Assembly: GCA_964035545.1 (NCBI GenBank)
Contig: OZ037771.1
Span: 8,239,408 to 8,303,407 of the forward strand
Reading direction: 5' to 3'
Length of the DNA stretch: 64,000 nucleotides
From: Bugula neritina
Lineage: Eukaryota; Animalia; Bryozoa
Within the stretch, counting starts at the first letter, position 1. Each line of letters begins with the position of its first letter. Of the stretch, positions 14,201-46,600 are shown in pieces. The notes under the pieces were generated by a model, which was not told the DNA's origin, did no database searches, and saw only the letters and a program-made list of their open reading frames with translations. Both the position numbers and the translations under genes were made by a program.

Positions 14201-16462
14201 AGCAAGAGCTGATGGACTGCTCCTGGGGCTATGGTAACAATGCCTGCGACGGTGGTGAAGATTTCAGGTAGAGTTTCATCACTTTGCATGTCCAATGCTA
14301 ACCTGTTGAAAATCAAATGTTTTTTTCCATTTGCCTTGAAAGTGTGTAGGTTGTTGCTTTCCGCCATCTCAGTAATAACAGGAGTGGTTGGGGTTGCTTT
14401 TAGTACATTTTCTGTATATTTTCTCATTCTCTTTATATCTTCTCTCTGTTTTTGATCTTTTTTTTGTCAAGATCTTCACCTTTTATTTTAAAGTTTAAGA
14501 TGATGTGATCATGTTTGTTTAAGTCAAGAAATTTGTATGGCAGTTGCAACTCTTTGTCTTGTCATGAACATTGACACAGCTCGTCTCTGGTTGTACAGCT
14601 GCTATTCTGTTACAGGGCTTATGATTGGATAATGAAGAACCCCGGTGGTCTGGCCAGCGAAGACGACTACGGCCATTACATGGCTGTGGACTCCAAGTGC
14701 AACTCCCGGGGAGTGAACGGTACAGTGGAGTTGGTTGGCTACATCAACATTACCCAAGGCGATCAACTCGAACTCAAGATGGCGCTCTTTGACCAAGGTC
14801 CTATTTCTGTGGCCATCGATGCATCTCATTTGTAAGTAGAAGCTGACTCATTGGCATGTAAATATTCACTCATCATCTGCACACAGCTTATTAGTGTTCA
14901 GGATTCTAATTGTTTAGTTAGGATATTAATTTACTGCTCTGATGTGTTATAGTAATTGTGTCATCTTGCTAATGATATGAATGTGTGAGGATGCCACAAC
15001 ACTCTACTCTATTACAGGTCTCTGTCATTCTACGCTGATGGTGTATACTATGAGAAAGACTGTAAAAATGACCCTGATGGGCTGGATCACGCTGTCTTGG
15101 CTGTCGGGTACGGCACCATGCATGGGCAGGTACGTGAGCATCAGCAGCTACATTGTTGATGGCTTTATGATGTTGTTGATGTGGAAAGTATTCTAAATGC
15201 AGGAATTCATTTGAAGTCTATAGTAATATACACTATTTTCAGATATACAGTAATACACACTATTTCCAGATATACAGTAACATAGACTATTTCTAGATAT
15301 ACAGTAATATAGACTATTTCTAGATATATAGTAATATAGACTAATTCTAGATATACAGTAATACACACTATTTCTCTAAATATACAGTAATATACACTAT
15401 TTCTAGATATACGGCAATATACACTATTTCTAGATATACAGTAATACACACTATTTCTAGATATACAGTAATATACACTATTTCTAGATATACAGTAAGC
15501 CTAGGACCACACGGTGCGTATTTTCGCATGCGAAAATTGAAATCACAAGTAGCAAAGGTGTCCACTGTGCGCGTTGAGAAAACATTCGCACTTGTCGCTC
15601 AGCATTTTCAACGCAAGTGCGAATCGTCTCTGTCGTCGTCACCTAATTGGCTGGTAGTTATTTAGCGAGCCCAATTTCTTTATTTTAGTGCTACAATCCA
15701 ATAAATTGCGTTTTATTGAAAGCGAGTGCGATTTAAAAATGAAAGCTTTATTTATCACGCATCACTGACGCTACAGTGGACACCTTTGCTACATGTGGTT
15801 TCAATTTTCGCACGCGAAAATACGCACAGTGTGGCCCTAGGCTAATATACACTAATTCTAGATATACAGTAATATACACTATTTTTAGATATACAGTAAT
15901 ACACACTATTTCTAGATATACAGTAATACAGACTATTTCTAGATATACAGTAATATAGACTATTTCCAGATATACAGTAATATACACTATTTCCAGATAT
16001 ACAGTAATATACACTATTTCTAGATATACAGTAATATACACTATTTCTAGATATACAGTAACATACACTATTTCTAGATATACAGTAATATACACTATTT
16101 CTAGATATACAGTAATATACACTATTTCTAGATATACAGTAATATAGACTATTTCTAGATATATAGTACTATAGACTATTTCTAGATATATAGTAATATA
16201 GACTATTTCTAGATATATAGTAATATAGACTATTTCTAGATATACAGTAATATAGACTATTTCTAGATAGACAGTAATATACACTAAATATAGAATTGTG
16301 CTTACAGTTAATATATTGAATGTGTGTGTGTAGGACTACTGGCTGATAAAGAACTCTTGGAGTACATACTGGGGCAATGATGGCTACGTTCTAATGTCCA
16401 TGAAAGATAACAATTGCGGAGTGGCCACTAGCGCAACCTTCCCTCAGCTAAAAAAGAAATAA
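8265..16462 (+). CDS. 26/29-kDa proteinase-type cathepsin L-like cysteine protease (C1A), 549 aa; exons 8265-8383, 9214-9410, 9575-9758, 11166-11348, 11495-11596, 11743-11929, 13529-13640, 14159-14267, 14616-14831, 15018-15129, 16334-16462
   Basis: Signal peptide [21 protein letters not shown]; N-terminal extension [25 protein letters not shown]...[18 protein letters not shown]; I29 propeptide ([20 protein letters not shown]...NHLTD); catalytic [21 protein letters not shown] and [13 protein letters not shown]. Exon lengths sum to 1650 nt, in frame. Confidence 0.95.
9740..10092 (+). repeat. 31-bp minisatellite (ATGACTCATCACCTGTCAGGTATGTCACCTC, ~11 copies) spanning an exon end and donor
   Basis: The unit is the last ~19 nt of cathepsin exon 3 plus GTATG donor and following intron bases. 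Confidence 0.95.
10908..11172 (+). repeat. 20-bp minisatellite (GAGGTGTATTCTGCAGATGT, ~13 copies) ending at a splice acceptor
   Basis: The last copy contains the real acceptor TTTTGCAG|GTATGAA of cathepsin exon 4. Confidence 0.95.
12617..12891. mobile_element. PIF/Harbinger (Tourist-like) MITE
   Basis: ~55-bp TIRs CCCCCTATTCACACTTACCGTATCGTACGCCGTA... / ...TACGGCGTACGATACGGTAAGTGTGAATAGGGGG, flanked by a TAA/TAA 3-bp TSD. Confidence 0.85.
12928..13512 (+). repeat. 19-bp minisatellite (TACTAACACTATGCTGTAG, ~30 copies)
   Basis: Direct tandem array ending ~16 bp upstream of the acceptor of cathepsin exon 7. Confidence 0.95.
15218..16290 (+). repeat. 27-bp minisatellite (TATACAGTAATATACACTATTTCTAGA) interrupted by a MITE
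   Basis: Tandem copies lie on both sides of 15499-15842; this array is the source of the spurious IVYITVYLE ORFs. Confidence 0.95.
15499..15842. mobile_element. PIF/Harbinger-type MITE inserted in the minisatellite
   Basis: ~70-bp TIRs GCCTAGGACCACACGGTGCGTATTTTCGC... / ...GCGAAAATACGCACAGTGTGGCCCTAGGC; the TAA of a repeat unit is duplicated on both sides (15496-15498, 15843-15845). Confidence 0.9.
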
Positions 16463-19400
16463 AAAACTGTTTCCATAGCAACACTATGCATATATCCTTA
16501 GTTGTCCGTATTTCTAATACTTGCCATTTATCTTAGTGTGTCATTGTAACTTTGTATCAGCATATCAACCTTAATTTTACACTCAACTCACCTTTATATG
16601 TCATTTACTGATAATTTTAATACAACGAAATTAAATACACTCTGTAATTTGTTGTTTGCTCAATTTGTTGTCTATTATAAGGTCAGCTTGCAGTAATTGT
16701 TTGGTAGATCACAAATAGCTGCCAACAAACATGACATTAACACATTTTATTTTATCTGGACTGGTTTGAGCTCATGTAGTCTGACTAATACTGAAGTGTA
16801 TAACTACCTCCCCCTCCTCCCTCCCCCCTCCTCCCTCCCCGGACTCTGCAATATCAATATTTGTTGTTACTAGGGCAACCTTTACACAGCTGTGTTGTAA
16901 AAATTGTGCATCACTAGTTACTGAAGCTTGTTGCTACGCTAACATGGGAAGATTTACTTTTGAGTAAACCTGTTAGCAGGAAAACTAATGAAAATGGACA
17001 TGGGCCAACAAGGGCGCGGCTAAAATGAAGGCCACTAGTGTTGCTGTTGGTCAACCCCCCACATGACCAAGATAAACACAGTCATAACTTTTTCATTTGT
17101 TGTTAGCCTTTTAAGTGTACGGCCAATGATATGGTCAATAAACTTTTATCAAAAATTCAACACATTTAAACTGCAATAATAGAACTCTATATAATGTATA
17201 TAATAGAACCCTATAGCAACACTTAGAGTTATCTTTTCTTTATTTTCACTAACTTCCAAAATACAAAGCAAGTTTCAGCAAATCTAATAAGCACTAAACC
17301 AAAACTGTTCAGAAAGCTGAATTTAGATAAAAAATATTTCATTATGCCTATTTTAGTCTGCCTATTAATTTGGTTATGCATGATTGGCTGATTACACAAA
17401 CTAGGCATCCACTTCAAAATTATATTGATGAATTTTTTAATTTTTTTCACAAAAATGACATAAAAGCTAAAACTTTAATTGGGAAAACTAATTTGCAAAA
17501 TTCAAGACCTACGACGTTTCTTACAATATTTTTATGAGTTTTCAGCTTCATGGTTCAATATGGTGAAGAGTCATTACGGATGAACTATAGCAGACACTTA
17601 TTCAAATAGGTTTTGTAATGCTGTTTTCAAACACTCAAATTCAATGCTAATAAAATCATATTCTGTAGCATTTTTCACAAGTCTCCTTTAGTAGTTATTT
17701 TGAAAAATGCACTAAATTGATTTGAGTGCCATATGATGCAAAACAATAAAATAAAAGCGCTTTGGTAAAAGAATTAAGCACATGAAATGGACCAAACATA
17801 TGCAAAAAAACATTTCAGATAGCTTCAGTTGAATCTTGTGACTATATTTTGCAAAATGTTAAGTGCATCATATTAAAGCAGCTAAAATACTAATGGAAAA
17901 AAAGTCTTTATAAAAATTCCTGGAAACATCAGCCTAACGGGCCCGAAAACAGCATTTACTGTATAACTTTACAATATATATTAGAATAATATTCTAATGT
18001 TTATTGAAGTTTCTGCTTAATTCCATAATGTTATCTTGTGTATTATATTTTCAGAAGTCACATCACTAGAGCTATACAAGACTTCAATTTAATTACTACT
18101 CAGTATAACATTTATTTCAAATTTTTCAGGCTAGATGAACTAGTAATTATATATCAAAGTTGCAACTTCAAAGTTTAATAGTTATACACTAGTATTTATA
18201 ATGCTGTGTATTATTTTTGTTTGTTAAGAGCAAAAGGAATTATTTCCATTTTTGATAATTTTTACAAACATTTCTTTGCTAACTTTGCAAGCTACTCTTG
18301 TACTCAGCAGCGCAATACATTGCATAATGCAATACACAATAAAATACAACACTTAAATAAAAGTTCCTGACATGAAGCCTCATCAAAGATCTACTTAAAC
18401 TGAAGTTATCTGTGCTAAAAAAGAATATTCTTCAATTTATCAAAGCAAAGACTTTTCTAAAACTCAGTAATAAACTACTGTCTATATTATCACTTGTATC
18501 TATGAGAAAATTTAAACCTCTTTATTAGATAAAAATTATGTTTTTGGTTCACCTACTGTATCTTTACATCAGCTACATCCAATAGAACTCAAAATTTCCA
18601 ATAAGACGGAAGTTCTAGGTGGCAACAATTACACAGCAAATTGTTGCATGCTGAAACTATATTAAATAGTCCCAGCATACAATAATATGGGACAGTGTTT
18701 ATTATACCGTATTCTCCTCAGGTCATGTAATCGGTTATCGTATTAATAGAACTTTAACATGTCTGCAGCATAAAGCACCTACTCTGCAGTTCAGCTATGT
18801 AACCTCTTATATATGTAATACCAACACCTTCCTCTAAAGAGCATGCAACTCTAGTTTTCAAAATTTTACAGTTAGCAAGCTCAACAGTTTCTAATGGTAG
18901 ACAATTCACGGGATATTTTCTTTATTAAATAACATTTTTGAGTGCAGAACCTTAGATTCTGACATGATTATAAGCTTAGTTTGGTCTCTCATTCTTATAA
19001 TGTAAGGTTTAGAGTTAACCTTTCATATTACAGCAAAACTCGCTAACAATACGTGTATGTATAATTACGTAAAAACACCTAAAAATAGTTGCACAAGTCA
19101 ATAAGTGTTCATCATTGTATCAGGGTGTATCAACTAATTCGTTATAATAAACTCACATTTCATTTTTAAACTCTCCACTCTATTAATTTTTTATGATATC
19201 AAATTGAAATGAAAAAAGCTATTGCATTTGATTGGATCACTGAACCTAATTGCTCACTCCACATCGGTAGCACAACACAGCAACTGAAAGGCTGAAAGTA
19301 TTATCTTGTCATCTATTAAAAGATACAATGATCATTATTGATTATATTATTCTTTTGTTATTTAGTTGTGTATTGATTTCATCTCCCTAGCATATCCTAT

Positions 19401-19912
19401 TATAGTAAGTTGCATTATTAACTAACTAGTATTTGTCTTTATTTTGGATTCTATAAACTTGATTTCTAAGGTATGTTGACAGTTAAAATCTATTAACTTT
19501 TGAATTCACTGAATGCCATAATATTTTATGGTTAAAAGAAAATTAATTTTAAACGCAATTTATTTTTAAACTTTTAATTTCTATTCAAGTTTTGTAACAA
19601 AAACTTTTTGCCAGGTAGCCATAGCTTTTATTTTGTGTGAGAAAAGACATCACATTTTACATCCTAGCACAAGATTGCAGCATTGCAATTTAGTATGTCA
19701 TGATAGAAGCAAAATAAAACTAACAATAATTTAGTAGGCTGAATGCATGCCTTGGACCTATGTCTACCTATTTTATTTTTCATAGACCTAATTATGCATG
19801 CTATATTATGCAAGCTTTCTTAGCCTAATATTAATTATTTCAACAATTAATAATTTGTATATAATAAACTACTTTGTGCCTATCTTTTACTATTAGCTTG
19901 GTCAACTTCAAC

Positions 19913-21841
19913 ATGAAGGAAAACCAATCAGTGGAGAGCAGGATTAGCGTTGCTTCCCTTTGCAACATAACTGTGAATGGCACAGTGTATCACCTTCACC
20001 CTAACCAACCATCCTCAGGTAGTTTCTCGGTTTATAGTCAATTTAACCTATAAAATCCCAGCTTCAGAGAAAATCAGTAATCATGTAGGTCTAAACTACT
20101 ATATATAATGAGGTAGAGAAGTTCCAAGCTTCAAAAGGAAGGCTGTGTGTGATGGTGAAAATTTAAATATAGTCCACTGCAGGAGTGTTACTCAATATAG
20201 TTCTATAGTTAAACATAATTATGTTAAAGGAGTTGTAGTGTAGAAAAAGAGTAAAGTTTGTTATACACACACACACACACACACACGCACGCACACACGC
20301 ACGCACGCACGCACGAGCACGCACGCACGAGCACGCACGCACGCACGCACGCACACACGCACACACACACACATAAATGTATATATACATATTAGTAATA
20401 TTTATTAAAAGTGAATATATAATAAATGTATTATGGTATTATTTCAGAAAATAACTTGTGTTCTGGCAGGGATTATGCAGCAGTTAATGCCGAGGGAGCT
20501 GCTATGTATGCTGTTGTCGTCATCTCTGTGTTTGCCACTGGAATTGGCTGCTTTATTGGTATGATGTCTTTTAAAAAGAAAAAATATGAAGAATGGGACA
20601 GGCAAGGTAAAGTTGCCAGAGTACACATTTAGGATGGGGACTAGAAAAGCTATCACGTATAACAAAACATGTCAACTGCAGGGAACTATATTATTCTGAT
20701 TGTAAAAGAAGATTATATGCAAGTATGCAGTAGCCTATCTGGTGATTGAAAATAAATGCAGTGAAATAACCACATTTGACTCTTGTATGCTGGGGATATA
20801 CAAAATAAAACCTACATTAATACAAACATGCAACATTTTAGGAATATAAATTATTTTTGTTGATTATTATTACCATGATTTTCAACTGCTAATATGTGAC
20901 CTGCATGTCATATAAGCCTAGCTGTGTATTCACTATATATTATATGTACTGTATACTTACTATATATCATATAAATCTAGCTGTATATCATAAAAATCTA
21001 GCTGCATATCATATAAATCCAACTGTATATAATATATGAATATTTATATTATTTATAGCTGGCATGTATCTATCTAAATATTATGAAAGGCAGTACTTAT
21101 ATGAGATGAGAATGCTCAACAGACAGGCTCACGCTGTAGTCAACCCTCATCTTGGAATACTTCAACTTATAAGTAAGTACCTCTCATTGACTCCTCACCT
21201 ATCCTACCTATATCCTCTCTGTCCTGTTCAGGTAGCTGGAGTATATCTCATTGACTGTCTTACTCAAATATACAAAGCACATGGTGAGTATCAGGTATGT
21301 AGCAGTGTAGCAGACCCGGCTTTCTTTGATAAAAGTCTCCCTCTATGTAAAAACTGCTTATAGTAAAAGTTTTCAAGTGGCCTTAAAGACTGCATATATG
21401 AATCATACAGGAAATATGGTTTGAGGGCTTTTTTAGTATCACAGGAGTAATTACCAAATGCTCTTTCACCTGTTCACTAGCAGAGCACTGTAGCTCCATA
21501 GTCCTACAGTACAGGCCTATGAGGTTATCACTCTAAGACTAATACATTTTAGTAGCTAATGTTACAGAACTTTTGTAGATGGGATAGGACAGCATTCACC
21601 CTCGTCTTCAATGCAGGATAGTGATCAGGGCAGTGCGGGGGAGCTTCTGCTTGGTCATGTGACACTTGCTAGTAGCGACAGCACAGACAAGGTCAAGGGT
21701 ATGGACAGTTACTCAAGTAATGATGACGTCACACATGGGGACACCTGCTCTGATGATGGACAACATCAATTACTACTGAAAGCTGAGCCTGAAAGCTCAC
21801 CTGTTTGTGGGAGTATGCACAGTCAGCAAACCTCTGTGTAA
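19913..21841 (+). CDS. Small single-pass (type III) membrane protein, KCNE/MinK-like, 213 aa; exons 19913-20018, 20448-20606, 21059-21172, 21579-21841
   Basis: Phase-consistent GT-AG exons (642 nt). No signal peptide; N-terminal sequons NQS, NIT, NGT; TM segment AAMYAVVVISVFATGIGCFIGMMSF followed by KKKKYEEWDRQAGMYL; C-terminus -QTSV. The gene structure is well supported, the family call is tentative. Confidence 0.6.
20266..20373. repeat. (CA)n/(GCAC)n microsatellite
   Basis: Direct reading of the sequence. Confidence 0.9.
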
Positions 21842-21896
21842 ATATTGGCAGCAACGACCAGCTTGCAGAGAAGCTAACAACATATACCAGCACCTT

Positions 21897-22090
21897 ACCT
21901 TAGTGACAACTCAGTGACACCTCAGTGGCAGCTCAGTGACACCTCAGTGACAGCTTGGTGACACCTCAGTAGCAGCTCAGTGACACCTCAGTGGCAGCTC
22001 AGTGGCAGCTCAGTGACACCTTAGTGACAACTCAGTGACACCTCAGTGGCAGCTCAGTGACACCTCAGTGACAGCTAGGTGACAGTGACA
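21897..22090 (+). repeat. 11-bp tandem repeat (CTCAGTGACAC/CTCAGTGGCAG) in putative 3' UTR
   Basis: ~17 degenerate copies downstream of the stop codon at 21841. Confidence 0.85.
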
Positions 22091-25000
22091 GAAAGACTGC
22101 CACCCTTAAATGACTCTATGATGTCATTGTATCAGTAAAGTATTTTTGTAATAAACTGTACATAAGAGTGGTGTTAATATAGCAGTGAATATGAGTAGAA
22201 TTATAGCAGTACTACACACAAATGGTATTATAACAGTACATCTGAGTGGTATTATAGCAGTGCATTATAACAGTACATTCAAGTGTTAAAATAAGAGTTT
22301 TCTTCCTTCTGAAGCAAGGAGTTGTTTTTTTCTATAAGCTTATTCAAATTGAGCTTATGATATATCTGTGGTTTCTCCGACAACTTTGAGAACGATTATC
22401 CTTATAATATTATGTAAAATAGTAATAGTATTCTATTATCACAAATTATCAGCTCATGTTTCTAGATACATAATATTTTTTGTTCAGCTTAAAAGCTGTT
22501 TTAGACATATTATACATATTAAGCATTTGTAAGCAAATAATACAAACATGGCTAACAGTAATAACAATTATAATAAATTATAATTTAAATCTCTGTAGTC
22601 TTTTCTGTTTAAATACTACTGCACTTAAACAACTTACAGTCTTTTATTTGCTATCTTTTGAAAAAGTATGTGCAGTAAACCACTCTAGCAGTTCTAGAAC
22701 ATTGTTGATATTTAAGTTTTAAATAGACAAGTCAATAATTGCTCAATAAAATAGTACATTTGCTTTCAATGCATTTAGTGGCTTGTTTACTGATGGTAAT
22801 GTTGTTGGTACACTATCAGTATGAGATGCAAAGAATTCAGCACACAATCCTACACTGCATCCATATGTTGTAAGAGTCTATCATAAGTTGCTACAACGTT
22901 ATATTATATCTTTTATGTGTTTTATCAGGTAAAATAGATGTGGTGGCAATGCAATGCCTATTACTAAACTCGCACATTTGTGCAGGCATTTTCTGCTGTA
23001 ATACATTGACAATATCTTACTAATCAAAGCAAATAGTCTTATTGATTGACTAGGAAGGAGAAACACAATTTGATAAAGGCAATTATCGGCATTCAATTAC
23101 GTTATAGTTGAAGTATAAGTTGTAATAAGATTGCTAGTTTATTGACGTGCAGTTTCTTTAAGACGTCAATGCATACATGTTTAGCCTTCTGTTTAAATAA
23201 AAATATTGAATATTTTGCCATGTAAAGTAAAGCTTGTTTTAAGCTGTTGAGGAGAGAGCAAGAAAACATTTGCTGCACTATTAGAATCAAAATAAGAAAG
23301 TGGCAAAAATAGTGACGGAATTTCTGCTAGGTGAGTGAGTACTTTGTTAGGTGGGTGAAGCATCTGGTAGGTGGGTGAAAGCTTTGCTGGGAAAGTAGAG
23401 CCATTGTTTGGTAAGTTACAAAATATAAGCTGTAATCACATCAAATTTTAGAAGTAGCTAAGCTCTTTAAAAATTGTTTGGTTGTTTAATAAAATGTAGC
23501 TTGTTATATTTTGTGCAGTCATCTTAATTCTGTTTTTCAAATCGTACTCTAAAATCTACACCAGTACAAGCAAAAGATATGATCATGCACAGAGCATTGT
23601 AGGGAAAATATACAAAAGTTATGGGTATAAAACTTCCACTAATTAATTTATTAATTATTTGTAACATAGCAAGTTGGATTTGTCTGTTGGTAGGATTAAT
23701 TTATGAACTAAATTTTGCATGTAGATTGCTTAAAACTGGAATACAGCTATAACAATTATAGCTTCTAGAAAATAAAAGCAAAACCTAATGTTTACCCTAT
23801 AGATGCATTTCTTTAAGTGTTTTTATATTACAAATTTTAAAGAAATTTTTTAATATCTCCATAATAAATTTTGAAATAAATACTTGAAAAATTTCACAGT
23901 AAACCACAGATTCAATCTTTAGTTTTTATAAATAAATAAACAGGTGTTTTCTGTCTGAAAACCAAAAGACTGCTTTAAAATAAGCCAACTCAAAGCTTGC
24001 GGGTGAACGTAAGTTTTGTATGGTAGAAGGTTTTAAGGTTACAAATTCATGTAATGACAGAGAGATTTCCTTACAAGACCTAAAATTTAATAAATATCAG
24101 GGTAAAGCTCTCCATTTCTTTGGAATTCATAGATTTTTATTCCTGAAAAACATTTGTGTTAACAGTGTAGCCCCTCATTGTGGCTCTTCAATTCTGTCAT
24201 GTCCAGTTTAAACAACTGTGTTTATCTCCAAAACTCTTCCATGTAGCCCGGACTCTGGAATACAAAGTATAAAGCCACTGATAATGTTATTATATTATAC
24301 AGCAAGTGAATTTTACTAAAATTTGCCACTGCTTCAACTTAGATTAATTGATTTTTATCAACTCTGTGCCTGCATCATGCCATGGCTTATAGAATGTAAA
24401 GCTAATTTTACATGCAACATTCAATTAATTATTAAATTTGAAGCTAGATAAAACAATAATTAAATACTAGTAAGTAAGTTAAAAGCATGATATTAGTTCA
24501 TGAGCTAAATTAGTAATCTTCTAAAGAATTTTATAAACCAATTTCTGGAGCGATGTCAATAAACCAGCTTGTAAGACTTTGGATCTCTGTTACTACCAAC
24601 TATGAGACCCTCTATAATAACTATTGATTGAGTTTTAAACTAATTGCTGATTCATTTCAACTAAGAATCACTACTAATTGAAAGCAGTGGAAGGTAAGAG
24701 ACTGTGAGGTTAACAGACAAAGCACTTTATCCAGACTTTAGTGGCTGCACAATTATTATATTAGAAGTGGAAATCAAAACGGCACAGTTTAGGTGATACG
24801 TTGGCAGCTATTCATGTCAAAACAGGTGTCTAAAAGTCAATATTTTATGGTAATATAGTGAACAATCAACTGTACCTTGTTTCTGATACAGCAACTAGTA
24901 GTTTCATGCTTGCTTTATTGCGCTCAGTCTTAAATAGAATGTGCTAGTCTGTGGAAATACATGTACTCCTAAAGCACATTGGCTTAGCAAATGCGATTTG

Positions 25001-25194
25001 TTACAGAAACGCTCAAGTTTTGACTCATGTTAAAATGTCATAATGCCATGGCTGATAACATATTCAGCTAAGTTGTACAGTAAATTATTTTCTGTAAGGT
25101 GAAGTGCAAAGTATAACACTCTGGTGCTATCTTGTGACTTTGATGAAACTTTATCACACATTTTCAATTCAGGGAGTGAGAAACAGCCAGCATT

Positions 25195-43667
<18,473 letters not shown>

Positions 43668-46600
43668 ACACTCAATCTTTAGCCATGCTTGCATAAACTG
43701 AATATGTTTGTTGAATTGTTGTAATGCAATGCTCATTCAGTTACATCTAAGTTGTTAATATAGTTTTAGCTTAAACACCCTGAGTAGCTGTAACTACAGT
43801 CTCATTTTATCAGAGTGGCCCACTTGCTGTTAAATCACTGGAATTTATGTATTGTGCAGTGAACTTTCTGTATCTGTTAAGGGAAGCAACGGTACCCCTT
43901 GAGATATAAGCTGTATAATCTTTTGTCAGTACAGAACTGTTTTTCAGTTGTACTACTTGTTGTGTGCTTTACATGAATCAATTGTGGGCTTATTAAATGC
44001 CTTGTGTTGTTTACTCTTCATTTTAAGTTTATTTTGTTTTTATGAATAGTTGAGTCTTGTAGATTTTTTGTGTATAGCCTGGAGGGCATCGTGCAATAGT
44101 AATGGTCCCATTGTAATTCTTTAACTTTTGCTCCACATATTGGTTTATCAGTTAGTTTTTAGATACATATTGAGAATTTAGATGATATATTTGTTGTATT
44201 CTGTAAATTAGTGTAGTTTCATGCACTGATGCAATGCTTTATTAATACAAGGAATTACGTTAGAAGCATTATTAAAATACTTTGCTATACCAATTTTTTT
44301 TCAGTTTAAATAAAATAATTGGGTCACAAGAATCTGAATTGTGTTGTAGTTGTGATCTATATAGTGTTGCTTATCTGTGCTGCTATACACATACAATAAT
44401 TACCAAATTTATCTTATGATCTTATCTTAAAAAAATCTACACAACAAATCAAAAACTACTACATAAATTTCTATTTTTCACTTTTTTGAATGTGGGACAA
44501 AAATGCCAATTTGAAATTATTTCTAAGGTGACAAAACTTGGAAAAATTTTCTAAGAGATAGTACAAAAATTATTGCACGTACATGCAGCTTTTCTAAGGG
44601 TAAGGTGGCCGCTCAATATAATATAAGCTTCGGTAAATTTTAGTATTTACAGGAAGCTGGCAAATAATGATTTTGGAATGTAAAATATATGCAACAAAAA
44701 AACTCATATACAAAAAATAAGATATTGTACAAAAACAAACTAAAGAGAAGTAGGAATTTAATGTCTCGTGGCTAAAACTACCATTCTACACTACAACTAC
44801 CAAGAACAATGTAACGTGATTTCAGAGTTATTTTCTCTTATGTAAAAATTCATAAAATGTACAAGTACTATAATTTTTTAAATATCATTAAAAATAAATA
44901 CGATAACAACAATAAAAATTAAAATAAAATTATTTTTAAACTTTTAAACTTATGGACTTTAGAATTATAAGCAATGCTTGACAATTTGTGAGAGTACAAT
45001 AAACGTCATTTCCCCTAAAGCCCGATTTTAATTATAAAATTTCTAGTCAGCAATTAGTAGCGGACTATTCCCACACAGATCGGTCAGAGCTAATCGTTTA
45101 AATTTATGACACCCTATTTTCAATCGGTAACATCTTGCTCACCTTCGTAGTGAATTTGATAACTTTAATCAAACATTTGTTCAATTGCTCCGTTGACTTG
45201 ATCAATAAGCAGAATTAACGCTATCACTGTGGGCATTATACACTATAGTCTATAAGTATAACTATATGTGTAACTGTAAGTCTTAGTCTAACTCTATATG
45301 AACCACTACCAAAATGTCTTACTTTAAGACTTTAATTTACCTTTATAGTTATACTATAACTACATAATATTAAAGTTATATACGTATATGTATAGTTACA
45401 GAAATAGCATGCATAGGCACATTGAAATGATTGAATTGAGTTTGACTAAAAGTAAATGACATGCAAATGCAACGTTAATTAAATTAATAATTTGCACTTT
45501 TACTTTTACTTTTAGTTTCACAGTTAATGTCATAGTTTTAAAATTAAATACTCTTGAAAAAAACTTCCAATTCAATGACAATTCACATTGTACAAAACTT
45601 TACTTGAACTGAAACTTTGAGTTCAAAGTGCATCCTAGCCAGTATGAGTATGAGACTGAGTATAACATTAGCATAAGTATAATTATAAGATTAAGTATAA
45701 CTGAAAGTGAAACGAGCGAATACGGAATATATCGGAATTCGATAAATATTAAATTTAAAAAGTTTAAAAATAAATATCAATTGGAAAAAAGCCTACTGGT
45801 ACTACTAATACTAATAGTAATAGTAATACTACTGGTAGTAGTAGTACTAGTAGTAGTAGTATTACTACTACTTACTAGACCTAGTACTACTACTAGTACT
45901 GTACTAGTAGTAGTAGTACTAATAGTAATATTCCTAGTGGTAGTAGTACTTATAGTTATACTTATACTAATACTTATAGTATTACTATTGGTCCTATTGC
46001 TACCAACTTCTAGTTGAAGTTGAACCATCACCATGTTGAACTTGATGTTCATTGAGTGACTGCCATTGACAATGATTGAGTTTGACCATGTCCATGTTGA
46101 TGTTCATGGGCATTGGGCTTCACCATCACCATAGGCATTTGCTCATTGTTAATTTACCTAAATTAGTTTTAGTCTCAAGACTTGAAGTTTTACTTCATGA
46201 ATAAGTTTACTGCTTAGTGATTCGTGATGATCATCATCATAATTTAATTATGAGAGTAAGTACTCACTAACTCTAAGTAGTTACACTCTCACTCTAACTC
46301 ACAGTTACAGCTAGGTGTCACGCTGGTTATGGTTATACCTGTTATCATTTATGGTAGTGGGGCTAATCTTAGAGTTGGTGATTTTATTGTTCTTGATTTA
46401 TAATCATAATCATAATAATATTATTATAGAACTAAATATGACTAAACAAGTAAATTGTTTTCTATTAGTGCTCTAAATAGTTGGTACAGTGTTATTAGTT
46501 CAAATTCTTGTTTGGTGGTCATCTTAGCGAAGTGAGTAGCTGTAGGATCGTGACGCATGTCACTAACTATGACTATCATGCTCAACTATGGGCACCCTCA

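Noticed and set aside
15207-16284. IVYITVYLE-repeat ORFs on the minus strand
   Set aside because: Translation of the 27-bp intronic minisatellite.
18560-19060. Possible degraded LINE/RT fragment on the minus strand (VLYAADM)
   Set aside because: Only a single weak motif, multiple stops and no other RT motifs.
45628-46052. Hydrophobic and Thr-rich ORFs upstream of RPB1
   Set aside because: Low-complexity TAG/TAC tract with no splice or homology support.
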